From a virus (Duplodnaviria; Caudoviricetes): DNA of 56,643 nt. Positions within the stretch are counted from its first letter, which is position 1, and the number at the start of each line of letters is the position of its first letter. Location of the stretch: positions 1-56,643 of IMG/VR virus record IMGVR_UViG_3300033508_000293; one strand, given 5' to 3'. This document shows, piece after piece, positions 36,589 to 46,572 of the stretch. A program made the translations under genes and the position numbers. The notes below the pieces were generated by a model. The model ran no database searches. It saw nothing but the letters and a program-made list of their open reading frames with translations, and was not told the DNA's origin.

Positions 36589-36993
36589 TTATTGTTGTTT
36601 TTCAAATCTTATTCCTTTGTATATATATTTATTTTTAAATAGAATAAAGTGATTTTCATAAAAAATTGGTTTATCTTTATGTTTTACACTATCAAAAATT
36701 ATTTGACCTCTTAAATATATCTTATATGGTATATTATCATTCACATACTCTTCATATATTTCTTTAAATGTTTTTGGTTGTTCTACAATTATTTTTTTAA
36801 TAACTATTGGTTCTTCAACCTTTGTAATAATTGGTTCTTCAACCTTTGTAATAACAGATTCTTCAATTTGTTCTTCAACCTTTGTAATAATAGGTTCTTC
36901 AATTGACTGTTTTATAATTTTCTTAGGTGTTGTTTTTTTACTTACTTTCTTTTCAATAACATCATCCCAAAAATTTTCATTATTTTTTGTCAT
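36589..36993 (-). CDS. hypothetical protein with EEPIITKV repeats
   Basis: Short tandem peptide repeats at about 36790-36905. Confidence 0.65.
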   Translation of the reverse strand: MTKNNENFWDDVIEKKVSKKTTPKKIIKQSIEEPIITKVEEQIEESVITKVEEPIITKVEEPIVIKKIIVEQPKTFKEIYEEYVNDNIPYKIYLRGQIIFDSVKHKDKPIFYENHFILFKNKYIYKGIRFEKQQ

Positions 36994-37081
36994 ATATTTA
37001 TTATTATATTTATTTTTATATATATTAAAAATTAAAGCACAATTATTTTTTAATATATAAAGAAAAACATAAAAGTGAAAA

Positions 37082-37792
37082 ATGAAGTTTCAATCACTTA
37101 CTAAAGAACAAGTTTTAAAAGATTTTAATAAAATACATAATTATAAATATGATTATTCGTTAATGGACTATATAAATTCAAGAACTATTATAAAAATAAT
37201 ATGTCCTATTCATGGTATTTTTGAACAATATCCTTGTCATCATAAAAGAGGTTGTGGGTGTAAAAAATGTTATGATGAAAAAATAACACCTTCTAAAAAT
37301 GATTTTATTAATAAAGCTGATTTAATACATAATATGGATTTTGATTATATTTTAGTTGATTATATTAATGCACATACAAAAGTAAAAATAATATGTAAAA
37401 AATGTAATAATACATTTGAACAAACACCCAATAAACATTTAATGGGTCAAGGTTGTCCAAATTGTAAAAAATCTAAAGGAGAAAATAAAATTAGATTATT
37501 TTTTGAAAAAAATAATATTCAATTTAAAGAACAAAAAATATTCAATGGATGTAAATATAAAAGAAATTTAAAATTTGATTTTTATTTAGAAGAAAAAAAT
37601 ATCTGTGTTGAATTTGATGGTGATCAACATTTTGAAATGTATAGATTTGAAAAAAATGATGATAGATTAAGAATAAGAATATTAAGAGATTCCATTAAAA
37701 CTGATTATTGTTTAAAAAATAATATAACACTAATTAGATTAAAAACTAAAGATATTAAAGACATTGATAATATTTTAAAATCAGTTATTTAA
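37082..37792 (+). CDS. homing-endonuclease-like protein (2 zinc repeats + PD-(D/E)XK domain)
   Basis: SKGE...KFDFYL...CVEFDGDQH. Confidence 0.8.
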   Translation: MKFQSLTKEQVLKDFNKIHNYKYDYSLMDYINSRTIIKIICPIHGIFEQYPCHHKRGCGCKKCYDEKITPSKNDFINKADLIHNMDFDYILVDYINAHTKVKIICKKCNNTFEQTPNKHLMGQGCPNCKKSKGENKIRLFFEKNNIQFKEQKIFNGCKYKRNLKFDFYLEEKNICVEFDGDQHFEMYRFEKNDDRLRIRILRDSIKTDYCLKNNITLIRLKTKDIKDIDNILKSVI

Positions 37793-37819
37793 TATATAAA
37801 GAAAATATAATAATTAAAA

Positions 37820-38587
37820 ATGAAAATAATATCATATAATAAATATCAATTTCTATTAGATAATTTTCTAATTGAACCTATAAATGAAAGTTCTGAGTTT
37901 GCTCAACAACAAATGAATCAAGTTAGTAGTCCATTTGGTCCCGGATATGGATTTTCAACAGATAAATCACTAAGTATTTATTCAGATGGTAATAATCCTT
38001 ATATGGATAATTATGCAAGATTATCACAAGTTGTTGCTGATTTAGGTAGAGTAATGAAAAATTTACAAGGTGCTACATCTGCATCATTATCTGCAAAAAT
38101 AGATTATTTTTTAGAAGATTTAGAAGAATATCAAAATCTTAAAATTTTAAGAATATTTATTAATACTAATCTTAAATTAGATGTGTTTATATCATTTGAC
38201 TTTATGGAAGAAGAATTCTTTGGTGTTTTTAGAAATTTTAATGGTCTTAATGAACCAAAATTAGATACTGATTTATTTTCTGACCATAGATTTAATTATA
38301 TGGATAAAGAATATTATATAAAATTAAAAAACTATTTATATAAAATATTATTCAATTGGTTTATCCCAACACCTGGTGATTATAAAGTATTAACAGATGA
38401 ATTAAAAATGAAAAATTCAATGGGTCAAACTGTAATTGTAAAGAAAAATGCGAGTATTTTTGTTAAAGGATTTAATACTGATGCAGACAATAATCCATTT
38501 ATAATGATAAAATATAAAAGTGATATTTATGAAATAACTAAAAATGATTATTTCTATTTTAAATATAGAGCACAAAAAATTGATTAA
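37820..38587 (+). CDS. hypothetical protein with leader ending INE
   Basis: MKIISYNKY...EPINESS; TATATA box upstream. Confidence 0.7.
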   Translation: MKIISYNKYQFLLDNFLIEPINESSEFAQQQMNQVSSPFGPGYGFSTDKSLSIYSDGNNPYMDNYARLSQVVADLGRVMKNLQGATSASLSAKIDYFLEDLEEYQNLKILRIFINTNLKLDVFISFDFMEEEFFGVFRNFNGLNEPKLDTDLFSDHRFNYMDKEYYIKLKNYLYKILFNWFIPTPGDYKVLTDELKMKNSMGQTVIVKKNASIFVKGFNTDADNNPFIMIKYKSDIYEITKNDYFYFKYRAQKID

Positions 38588-38590
38588 ATA

Positions 38591-38616
38591 AAAAAAGACC
38601 TTTAAGGTCTTTTTTT
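38591..38616. terminator. bidirectional terminator
   Basis: AAAAAAGACCTT / AAGGTCTTTTTT inverted repeat. Confidence 0.8.
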
Positions 38617-39511
38617 ATTTCTTTTTAACAAAAGTGTAAAGTTTCCATTCAGCAGTATTATCAATCTTCTTATACTTTTTCATTTGATTTTCAAAGTTTT
38701 GTGTCTTAGCTGTATCTGGTAATGAAAGTATCACCTTATAAGAACCTAATAATTTTCTATTATCATAAAATTTTACTAAACTACCAGTTGGACCCTGTGC
38801 ACCTAATACTGCAATTCTATCATTTCCAACTACTGATTTTAAGAAGGATACTTTAATATATCCCATATTCTTTTTATCAAAGAAACTATTTCCCCATATA
38901 TCATTTAAATCTAATGTAGTATCAGTATTTTTAATTTCAATTGAACTTATTCCACCTTTTGTTACTTGGGTTTCACCTTCATCTTCTATTAATCCTTGTT
39001 GAACTAATTTAAATTGATTCCTTCTAATCACATTAAAATCAGCTGCAGCAAATGTTACTTCTGTCATAACCCTATCATTTCTCTTATATCCTTTAGGGGG
39101 AAGTCTGAAAAAATCTCCAGTAAATGTCATTGATAACATATTTACTGCTTTAAATAATCTCCAAACTTTCTTAGCATTTCTTTTTAAATTAACTGACCAA
39201 CCATCTAAGTGCCAACCTCTAATAAGAACATTACCTGTGTTTTTATTTTGTCCAATAACCATAGGACAAATAACTCTTTCTCTACCACCTTTCCATTCAT
39301 CTTTATCACCTCTATAATTAATAAGAATAACCATACCAAATTGTATTGCTTTAATCATAAGAGCTTTATCAAATTTAATTGGTTTATTAACAGGAAATTC
39401 TTTAATTAATTCCGGATTAATTTTATTTTCATTTAATTTACTCCAATTAATTTTAGGTGACATGTATATGTCCTTATTGTTGTAAAATAGTTTATGTTCA
39501 TTTAGATTCAT
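38615..39511 (-). CDS. WYL-like domain protein
   Basis: ILINY......RERVICPMVIG.....LIRGW......WRLFK follows the WYL pattern I.Y...R.I.P...YL.AW...R.FR; LNE sites in the N-terminus. Confidence 0.55.
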   Translation of the reverse strand: MNLNEHKLFYNNKDIYMSPKINWSKLNENKINPELIKEFPVNKPIKFDKALMIKAIQFGMVILINYRGDKDEWKGGRERVICPMVIGQNKNTGNVLIRGWHLDGWSVNLKRNAKKVWRLFKAVNMLSMTFTGDFFRLPPKGYKRNDRVMTEVTFAAADFNVIRRNQFKLVQQGLIEDEGETQVTKGGISSIEIKNTDTTLDLNDIWGNSFFDKKNMGYIKVSFLKSVVGNDRIAVLGAQGPTGSLVKFYDNRKLLGSYKVILSLPDTAKTQNFENQMKKYKKIDNTAEWKLYTFVKKK

Positions 39512-39555
39512 TTTAAATATTTAATTTTATATTCTTATATATAAAAGAATGTAAA

Positions 39556-40830
39556 TTGAATTACAATTAAAAATTAATTGTTTCTTGGGCTGAATTTGTA
39601 ACCAATTTCATATCTCCACAAGCGTATATTTCTGTTATTCCAACAGTATTTAAAACTAATTCTCTGTCAAGAGATAATTCTCTATTATTTTTTACAAAAC
39701 TAAACCTCTTTATATTATTTGCAGCAAGTAAATCTCTATTGTGTGTTGTATTACAAGATTTACAGGTCCAAACTCTATCAGATAATTTAAGTTCATTATT
39801 TATTTTTCCACAAGAACACATTTTTGAAGAAGGTTCAAACTGACCAATTCTAATAATATTAGAACCATACCAATCACTTTTATAATCCAAATATGAATTA
39901 AAATTACCAATAGAAATATCTGATAAGGATTGTGTAAGTTTATGATTTTTCACCATGTTAGAAGGTTTTAATGTTTCTAAACATAATGTATCATAATTAT
40001 CAACCAAAAATTTACTTGTCTTATGTAAAAAATCATTTCTTTTATTTGAAACTTTTTCATGAATAATTGCAAGTTTTTTAGATTGTTTTTTCCTATTATT
40101 TGAACCTTTTACTTTTTTTGAAACTTTCCTTTGAATCCTTTTTAATTTTTTCAATGATTTTTTAAGATTTTTAGGATTTTCAATTTCAATACCATTTGAT
40201 AATACAACAAATGTTTTAATACCCAAATCAATTCCAATTGCTTTGTCCTCACTAATTGGTTTCTTTTTTGGTAATTCATTTGGTACTTCTACTAAAATAG
40301 AAATGAAATACTTACCAGTTGATGTTCTTGTTATTGTTGATGATTTAATTTTCCCTTCAAATATTCTACTTATTTTAATTTTTATTGGTGTTTTAAACTT
40401 TGGTATATCTAATTTTTGATTTTCAAAATCTACATAAGTAGATTGTTGAATAGAAAATGATTGTTTATTATTTTTCTTTGATTTAAATTTTGGATAATCC
40501 CCAGTTTTCTTAAAAAATTTTGTAAATGCATTATCAAGATGTTCAAGTGATGATTGTAAAGATTGACTATTAACTTCTTTTAACCAAGATGTTTCTTCTT
40601 GTTTTTTTAAAAGAGGTATGTCTTTTTGTAAATCAAATCTTGATAATCCTACACCGGTTTCTTGATAAACTCTATTTTTCTTTTCTAAAGCATAATTGTA
40701 TATCCATCTGGAACAGCCAATATGTTTTGAAATTAGTTCAATTTGTTCTTTATTAGGATAAATTCTATATTTATATGCTTTGTAAATCATATTAGTATAT
40801 ATTTTAAAAATAAAGTCTGTTTTTTCCAAA
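39556..40830 (-). mobile_element. IS200/IS605-family tnpB-only element (ends approximate)
   Basis: tnpB gene, 3' hairpin ACAATTAA/TTAATTGT followed by TTCAA; no tnpA adjacent. Confidence 0.65.
39567..40790 (-). CDS. tnpB: RNA-guided endonuclease TnpB
   Basis: KAYKYRIYP HTH, RuvC-I GIDLG, RuvC-II CLETL, zinc finger CSCG...CKSC, RuvC-III RDLLAA.NI; start probably MIYKAY. Confidence 0.93.
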   Translation of the reverse strand: MIYKAYKYRIYPNKEQIELISKHIGCSRWIYNYALEKKNRVYQETGVGLSRFDLQKDIPLLKKQEETSWLKEVNSQSLQSSLEHLDNAFTKFFKKTGDYPKFKSKKNNKQSFSIQQSTYVDFENQKLDIPKFKTPIKIKISRIFEGKIKSSTITRTSTGKYFISILVEVPNELPKKKPISEDKAIGIDLGIKTFVVLSNGIEIENPKNLKKSLKKLKRIQRKVSKKVKGSNNRKKQSKKLAIIHEKVSNKRNDFLHKTSKFLVDNYDTLCLETLKPSNMVKNHKLTQSLSDISIGNFNSYLDYKSDWYGSNIIRIGQFEPSSKMCSCGKINNELKLSDRVWTCKSCNTTHNRDLLAANNIKRFSFVKNNRELSLDRELVLNTVGITEIYACGDMKLVTNSAQETINF

Positions 40831-40833
40831 ATT

Positions 40834-40862
40834 AAAAATCCACTTTATGAGTGGATTTTTTT
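40834..40862 (-). terminator. intrinsic terminator
   Basis: AAAAATCCACT-loop-AGTGGATTTTT overlapping the stop of the upstream ORF. Confidence 0.75.
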
Positions 40863-41072
40863 ATTTAATAAATTTAATTTTTTACTTCTTACAAATTCTT
40901 GATATTCATCTATTGTTATATCAACACTTTTATTACCAGAATAATTATCTAACTCTTTAGTAACAGTAGATATTATTACATCATCATATACTTTATAATG
41001 TGTTACAAAATCAAAATTATAATCACATAAATAATTTATACATTCCAATAGTATGATTTTATCAATTTCCAT
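40845..41072 (-). CDS. small protein with C-terminal RxxKLxxL tail
   Basis: Start probably MEIDK; ends FVRSKKLNLLNKKIHS. Confidence 0.6.
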   Translation of the reverse strand: MEIDKIILLECINYLCDYNFDFVTHYKVYDDVIISTVTKELDNYSGNKSVDITIDEYQEFVRSKKLNLLNKKIHS

Positions 41073-42171
41073 TGTTTTTAAATAAATTTGTAAATATACC
41101 TTCAAGTACATTAACTACAATTGAATTCCCAGCCTGTTTCACTAATGTACCTTCATCAAATACTTTTAATACATTATCAACATCTTGGTCTGTGAATCCC
41201 ATTAATTTATAACATTCTCTACCATTTAAAAATCTTATCTTACCATCAATATAAACCTTACCAGCAATACCAGTTGTTAATGTTGGACTTACACCATCTT
41301 GACTATAAATCCTACCTAATGTTTCAAATTTATATTTTCCAATTAAATCAAATTTCTTTATATTATTTCTTGATGTACGAAATACAATTGGTTCTGGTAA
41401 GAATCCTGTAAAATCTAACCATCTTTCATCATTTAAATCAAGTATATCTTTAATTGTTTTAGTTGTGAAATTTACTTCTTTAGGCACATCATAATGACCT
41501 AATAAGGTTGAAACCATATAAACCCTATCTCTTGATTGGGGTACATCAAAATAGGTTGATCTTAGTTTAAAATCATAATTGGTATAACCTAAATCAGTTA
41601 ACATTTTTTTCCAATCATCAAACCCAGCTTTATTTTGTTCAGAATAAATACCCGGTACATTTTCCATAAGTAAATAGTTTGGTAATTTATCTAATCCTTT
41701 AAGTTCAGTTAAAATTCTACCTACTTGCCAAAGTAATGAACTTCTTTCTCCTGCATATAACCCTTTCTTTTTCCCTTGTATTGAAAGGTCTTGACAAGGG
41801 AATGAATATGTTAATAAGTCATGTTGTGGCATATTAATACCATTTAAATCAACAACACTACCAAGATTTTTATTATTAATATGTGCATCATATAATAATC
41901 TTAATTTCTTTAATGGTAATTTACTTAATTCACATTTAGTTTTAGTATTATTACTAAAGGTGAAATCTTTTAATTTTTCAATAATTTCTTCTTTTGTTAG
42001 TGTAATTTCAGTTGGTGTGTGATGTATATGATTATAAGATATAAGACAATTAATATCCCATTCAGATATCCCAACTACTTCAACTAGTACATTTATGTTT
42101 TTTAGAGCTTTGTATTGTGAACCAATACCTGCAAATAATTCTACAATTTTTACTTTTTCATTTTGTTTCAA
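41062..42171 (-). CDS. dcm: DNA (cytosine-5)-methyltransferase
   Basis: Motif I ELFAGIG, IV FPCQDLS, VI ENV, VIII QSRDRVY, X QAGNSIVV; TTG start. Confidence 0.95.
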   Translation of the reverse strand: MKQNEKVKIVELFAGIGSQYKALKNINVLVEVVGISEWDINCLISYNHIHHTPTEITLTKEEIIEKLKDFTFSNNTKTKCELSKLPLKKLRLLYDAHINNKNLGSVVDLNGINMPQHDLLTYSFPCQDLSIQGKKKGLYAGERSSLLWQVGRILTELKGLDKLPNYLLMENVPGIYSEQNKAGFDDWKKMLTDLGYTNYDFKLRSTYFDVPQSRDRVYMVSTLLGHYDVPKEVNFTTKTIKDILDLNDERWLDFTGFLPEPIVFRTSRNNIKKFDLIGKYKFETLGRIYSQDGVSPTLTTGIAGKVYIDGKIRFLNGRECYKLMGFTDQDVDNVLKVFDEGTLVKQAGNSIVVNVLEGIFTNLFKNNGN

Positions 42172-42306
42172 TTTTAGTTAATATTCTTTTTTATCTGTTT
42201 TAAGATAAATTATATATGATAAAATTTTAGATTTGTTTAGATTGAAAAAATAACTTTTTATTACATAATTTTTATTTTATATATATTATATAAAATAAAA
42301 ATTATT

Positions 42307-44205
42307 ATGCCTTTTAAAAACATTACAATAAAAAAACAACTTTTAGTTGGATCAATTTTTATATTACTTTTTGTTATATCATTAGGTGTTATATCACATC
42401 TACAAAGTAATACTATTCAAAATCAACTAAAAAATATGTATGAACATCCAGTAACAATTAAAAGAACAATTAGTAATATTAAAAACTATGTTTATTTTAT
42501 TGATGATGATATCAAAGATTTGTATTTAATAGATGATAAAAACAAAGTAGAAGAAATTAATTTATATTACAAAAATATTGAAACTGAAATTAATGTTATA
42601 AGAAATGTATATTTAGGTAAACCAGAAGATGTAGAATTATTAAATGAATCTATAATTAAATGGGAATCTATTTTTAAGGAATCATTAGATAAAAAGAATG
42701 ATATAAAATCAAGAGATATAATAGATACACAATTAAAAATAGTATTGAAAAATTTATCAGTTATTGAAACTTTTGCACAAGGTAAAATTGATGAATTTTA
42801 TAATAAATCTTTAGAAATAAGTTATTCTTTAACTAAACAATTAATTATAATAGTATTAATTATATTAGTATTAATATTATGTATAAATTATATTATATTA
42901 GATAATGTTAATAGTCCTTTAAAAAAATTATTACATACAACAAATAGATATCAAGAAGGGGAATTAGATACAAGAATTATTCATTCATATAAAAATGAAT
43001 TTGGTGAATTAGCAGAATCTTTCAATACAATGGCAGATACTATTCAAAAAAATATAATTATAAAAGAAAATAGATTTCATTCATTATTTCAAAATATGAT
43101 TGAAGGTGTTGCAATACATGAAATTATTTATGATGAAAACAATAAAGCAGTTGATTATAAAATTCTAACTGTTAATAAATCATTTGAAGAATACACCGGA
43201 ATATCTATTGAAAATGCAACAAATGCATTGGCAAGTGAATTATATGGTACAGGTGATGCACCATATTTAGACCAATATTATAGAGTTGCAAGTACTGGTA
43301 AACCTATGATGTTTGATACACATTTTGAAATTATGGGTAAATATTTTAGTATTTCAGTTTTTTCATATGAAAAAGATAATTTTGTTACGGTATTTCAAGA
43401 TGTAACTAATGATTATAAATTAAAGAAAAAATTAGTAGATAGAAATACTGAAATTCAAAACTATCTTTATATGGCATCACATGATTTAAAATCACCACTT
43501 GTTAATATACAAGGTTTTGGACAAAGATTAGAATCAGAAATTAAAGATGTTAAAATAATTTTAACTGATATTCAATTTAATTTAGATAAAAAACAAAATA
43601 TAGACAAAATTATAAATGAAGACATACCAAAAACATTAAATTTTATTTTTTCTAATGTAACAAAAATGGATAATCTTTTAAATGGATTATTACAATTATC
43701 AAGAACAGGCCAAGTTAAAATGAATATTAAAAAAGTAAATACAAATCAATTATTAAATAAAATAATAACTTCACTTGATTTTATAATAAATAAGTATAGT
43801 GTTAATATTAAAATTGATGAAGTAGAAGATTGTTTTGGTGATGAAAATCAATTAAATCAAGTATTTTCTAATATTATAAATAATTCCATTAAATATAGAA
43901 AAAAAGATGTTCCATTAAATATAACAATTTCAATGAAATCCAATATTAATTCAGTTATATATAGTATTACTGATAATGGAATAGGAATTGCACCAAAATA
44001 TTTAGAAAAAATATGGGATGTATTTTATAGAGTAAATCCTAAATATTCTGAATCAGGGGATGGGATTGGATTAAGTCTTGTTAAAACAATAATAAATAAA
44101 CATAATGGAAAAATATGGGTTGAATCTGAATTAGGAATAGGTACAACATTTTATATAGAACTATCAAAAAATGATTTCGTAGAAGAAAATGATTTTTTTG
44201 AATAA
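42307..44205 (+). CDS. membrane sensor histidine kinase (TM-helical sensor-TM, HAMP, PAS, HisKA, HATPase)
   Basis: H-box ASHDLKSPL, N-box NIINNSIKY, G1 DNGIGI, G2 GDGIGL; HAMP NEFGELAESFNTM. Confidence 0.93.
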   Translation: MPFKNITIKKQLLVGSIFILLFVISLGVISHLQSNTIQNQLKNMYEHPVTIKRTISNIKNYVYFIDDDIKDLYLIDDKNKVEEINLYYKNIETEINVIRNVYLGKPEDVELLNESIIKWESIFKESLDKKNDIKSRDIIDTQLKIVLKNLSVIETFAQGKIDEFYNKSLEISYSLTKQLIIIVLIILVLILCINYIILDNVNSPLKKLLHTTNRYQEGELDTRIIHSYKNEFGELAESFNTMADTIQKNIIIKENRFHSLFQNMIEGVAIHEIIYDENNKAVDYKILTVNKSFEEYTGISIENATNALASELYGTGDAPYLDQYYRVASTGKPMMFDTHFEIMGKYFSISVFSYEKDNFVTVFQDVTNDYKLKKKLVDRNTEIQNYLYMASHDLKSPLVNIQGFGQRLESEIKDVKIILTDIQFNLDKKQNIDKIINEDIPKTLNFIFSNVTKMDNLLNGLLQLSRTGQVKMNIKKVNTNQLLNKIITSLDFIINKYSVNIKIDEVEDCFGDENQLNQVFSNIINNSIKYRKKDVPLNITISMKSNINSVIYSITDNGIGIAPKYLEKIWDVFYRVNPKYSESGDGIGLSLVKTIINKHNGKIWVESELGIGTTFYIELSKNDFVEENDFFE

Positions 44206-44221
44206 AAATAAACTAATAGTA

Positions 44222-44650
44222 ATGAACACTGGTAAAGAAGTAGAAATATTAATTGCTGAAGATGATGATGGTCACGCAGAACTTATTATAACAGGATTAA
44301 AAAAATCTGGAATCTATAATAATATAGTCAGATTTTCAGATGGTGAAGAATGTTGGAATTTTTTATTAAATTCACTTAATAATTCTGATCTTGACCAAAA
44401 AACTTATCTTTTATTACTTGATATTAATATGCCATTAATGGATGGTATTGAAGTATTATCTAATATTAAAAATAATAAAGATTTAAAATATATCCCTGTT
44501 ATAATGTTAACAACAACAGATAATCCAAGAGAAATAGAAGCATGTTATGGATTAGGATGTAATGTTTATGTAACCAAACCTGTTGATTTTGGAAATTTCG
44601 CAGAAACATTAAACAGAATGGGAATGTTTATACAAATTATAAGAATATAA
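44222..44650 (+). CDS. single-domain response regulator (Rcp1/CheY-like)
   Basis: ILIAEDD, LLLDINMP (phospho-Asp), PVIMLTT, YVTKP. Confidence 0.93.
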   Translation: MNTGKEVEILIAEDDDGHAELIITGLKKSGIYNNIVRFSDGEECWNFLLNSLNNSDLDQKTYLLLLDINMPLMDGIEVLSNIKNNKDLKYIPVIMLTTTDNPREIEACYGLGCNVYVTKPVDFGNFAETLNRMGMFIQIIRI

Positions 44651-44652
44651 AA

Positions 44653-46572
44653 ATGGAAAAAAAGTTTGTACTTATTATTGAAGATGATGATGATTTAATT
44701 ATTTTACTTAAAGACAAAGTAGAAAAATTAGGATTTGAAACTATTTGTGTTCAATCCGGTGAAGAATCAATTGAGGTATTAAAAACCAATAAACCAACTT
44801 TAATAATATTAGATTACAATTTACCTGATATGAATGGAAATGAATTAGTAACTTATTTAAAAAGTAATAATTTATATCTACCACCTTTTGTTGTATGTAC
44901 AGGTATGGGTGATGAACAAATTGCAGTTGAAATGATGAAATTAGGTGCACAAGATTATATAATAAAAAATAAAAATTTTCTTGACTTAATTCCCATAGTT
45001 ATTGATGGAATTATTAATGATATTGAAAAAGAAATTAAATTTAAAAAAGCATTAAATGATTTATCTATTTCTGAAAATAAACATAAAATACTTTTTGAAG
45101 AATTAAAAGATAGTGAAGAAAAATTTTCTAAAGCATTTCAAACATCACCACATGCTGTTATTATTACTAACCCTGTTAATGGTGAAATTGTGGAAACAAA
45201 TGATGCATTTTTTAGTATGACTGGATATATTCCGGAAGATATTAAAACTGATTTTACTTCATTGAATCTTTGGTTAAATAAAAGTGATAGAGATAATGTA
45301 ATAAAACAACTTAAAAATAAGCAAAAAGTTATAAATCAAGAATATAAATTTAAAATTAAAGATGGTGGAATTATTATCGGTTCTTATTCAGCAAGTATAA
45401 TAACAATTAAAGAAACTATTTATGTATTATCCATTATTAATGATATTACTGAACTAAAAGAAATAGAAAATGATTTAATAGAAAGTGAAAAAATGTTAAA
45501 AGAAATACAAACAATCGCTAAATTAGGAACTTATGTATGGGATTTAACTACTGATAAATGGACAAGTTCTCTTATCCTTGATAAAATTTTTGGAATAGAT
45601 GAGAAATATGATAGGTCATTTAAAGGTTGGTTAAATATTATTCATGATGAATTTAAAGATATTATGTTAAATTATGTTGATAATGATGCAATGAAAAATA
45701 AATATTTCAACAAAGAATATAAAATAATTAAACAAGATACACAAAATGTACTTTGGGTTCATGGTATGGGTGAAATTATATCTGATGAAAATGATAAACC
45801 AATTAAATTAATTGGAACTATTATAGATATTACTGAAAGAAAAACATTTGAAAGTGAATTAATAATTGCTAAAAATAAAGCAGTTGAATCAGATAGATTA
45901 AAATCAGAATTTTTATCTAATATGAGTCATGAAATAAGAACACCAATGAATTCAATTGTTGGATTTACTGATTTACTTAATCTAGATTTACCACAATCAA
46001 GATTTAATAACTATTTAAATATAATCAAAACATCTAGTCAATTATTATTAACAATAATAGAAGATGTTATTGATTTATCTAAAATTCAATCTGGTTTATT
46101 TAATATTGACAAAGATTTTTTTGATATTAAATATATGATGACAATATCTGAAGAAGAATATAACAAAAGTATTGAACTCCAACAAAAAAATATTACTTTG
46201 GTTTTAGATATCAATAAAGAAGATATTGAAATATATAGTGATAAAACAAGAATTAAACAAATATTGAATAATTTAATTAATAATGCAATAAAATTTACTG
46301 ATGAAGGTATAATTACATATGGTTATACATTATCTAATGATAATATTGTATTTTTTGTTACTGATACTGGTATAGGTATATCAAAAGAACATATTAATAA
46401 AATTTATGATAGATTTTATCAAATAAAAGATATAACAAAAAAGAAACAAGTTGGTACTGGTTTAGGTTTAACCATATGTAAATCTATTGTTGAATTATTA
46501 GGTGGTGAAATATGGGTAGAATCTGAATTAGGTGTTGGTTCTAATTTCTACTTCTCAATTCCAATTAACTAA
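44653..46572 (+). CDS. cytoplasmic hybrid kinase REC-PAS-PAS-HisKA-HATPase
   Basis: LIIEDD, ILDYNLPD, two PAS/PAC domains (DITE), MSHEIRTPM, NLINNAIKF, DTGIGI, GTGLGL. Confidence 0.93.
   Translation: MEKKFVLIIEDDDDLIILLKDKVEKLGFETICVQSGEESIEVLKTNKPTLIILDYNLPDMNGNELVTYLKSNNLYLPPFVVCTGMGDEQIAVEMMKLGAQDYIIKNKNFLDLIPIVIDGIINDIEKEIKFKKALNDLSISENKHKILFEELKDSEEKFSKAFQTSPHAVIITNPVNGEIVETNDAFFSMTGYIPEDIKTDFTSLNLWLNKSDRDNVIKQLKNKQKVINQEYKFKIKDGGIIIGSYSASIITIKETIYVLSIINDITELKEIENDLIESEKMLKEIQTIAKLGTYVWDLTTDKWTSSLILDKIFGIDEKYDRSFKGWLNIIHDEFKDIMLNYVDNDAMKNKYFNKEYKIIKQDTQNVLWVHGMGEIISDENDKPIKLIGTIIDITERKTFESELIIAKNKAVESDRLKSEFLSNMSHEIRTPMNSIVGFTDLLNLDLPQSRFNNYLNIIKTSSQLLLTIIEDVIDLSKIQSGLFNIDKDFFDIKYMMTISEEEYNKSIELQQKNITLVLDINKEDIEIYSDKTRIKQILNNLINNAIKFTDEGIITYGYTLSNDNIVFFVTDTGIGISKEHINKIYDRFYQIKDITKKKQVGTGLGLTICKSIVELLGGEIWVESELGVGSNFYFSIPIN

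Noticed and set aside
41062-42171. Restriction-modification system
   Set aside because: No cognate restriction endonuclease is adjacent; orphan methyltransferases are ordinary in large phages.
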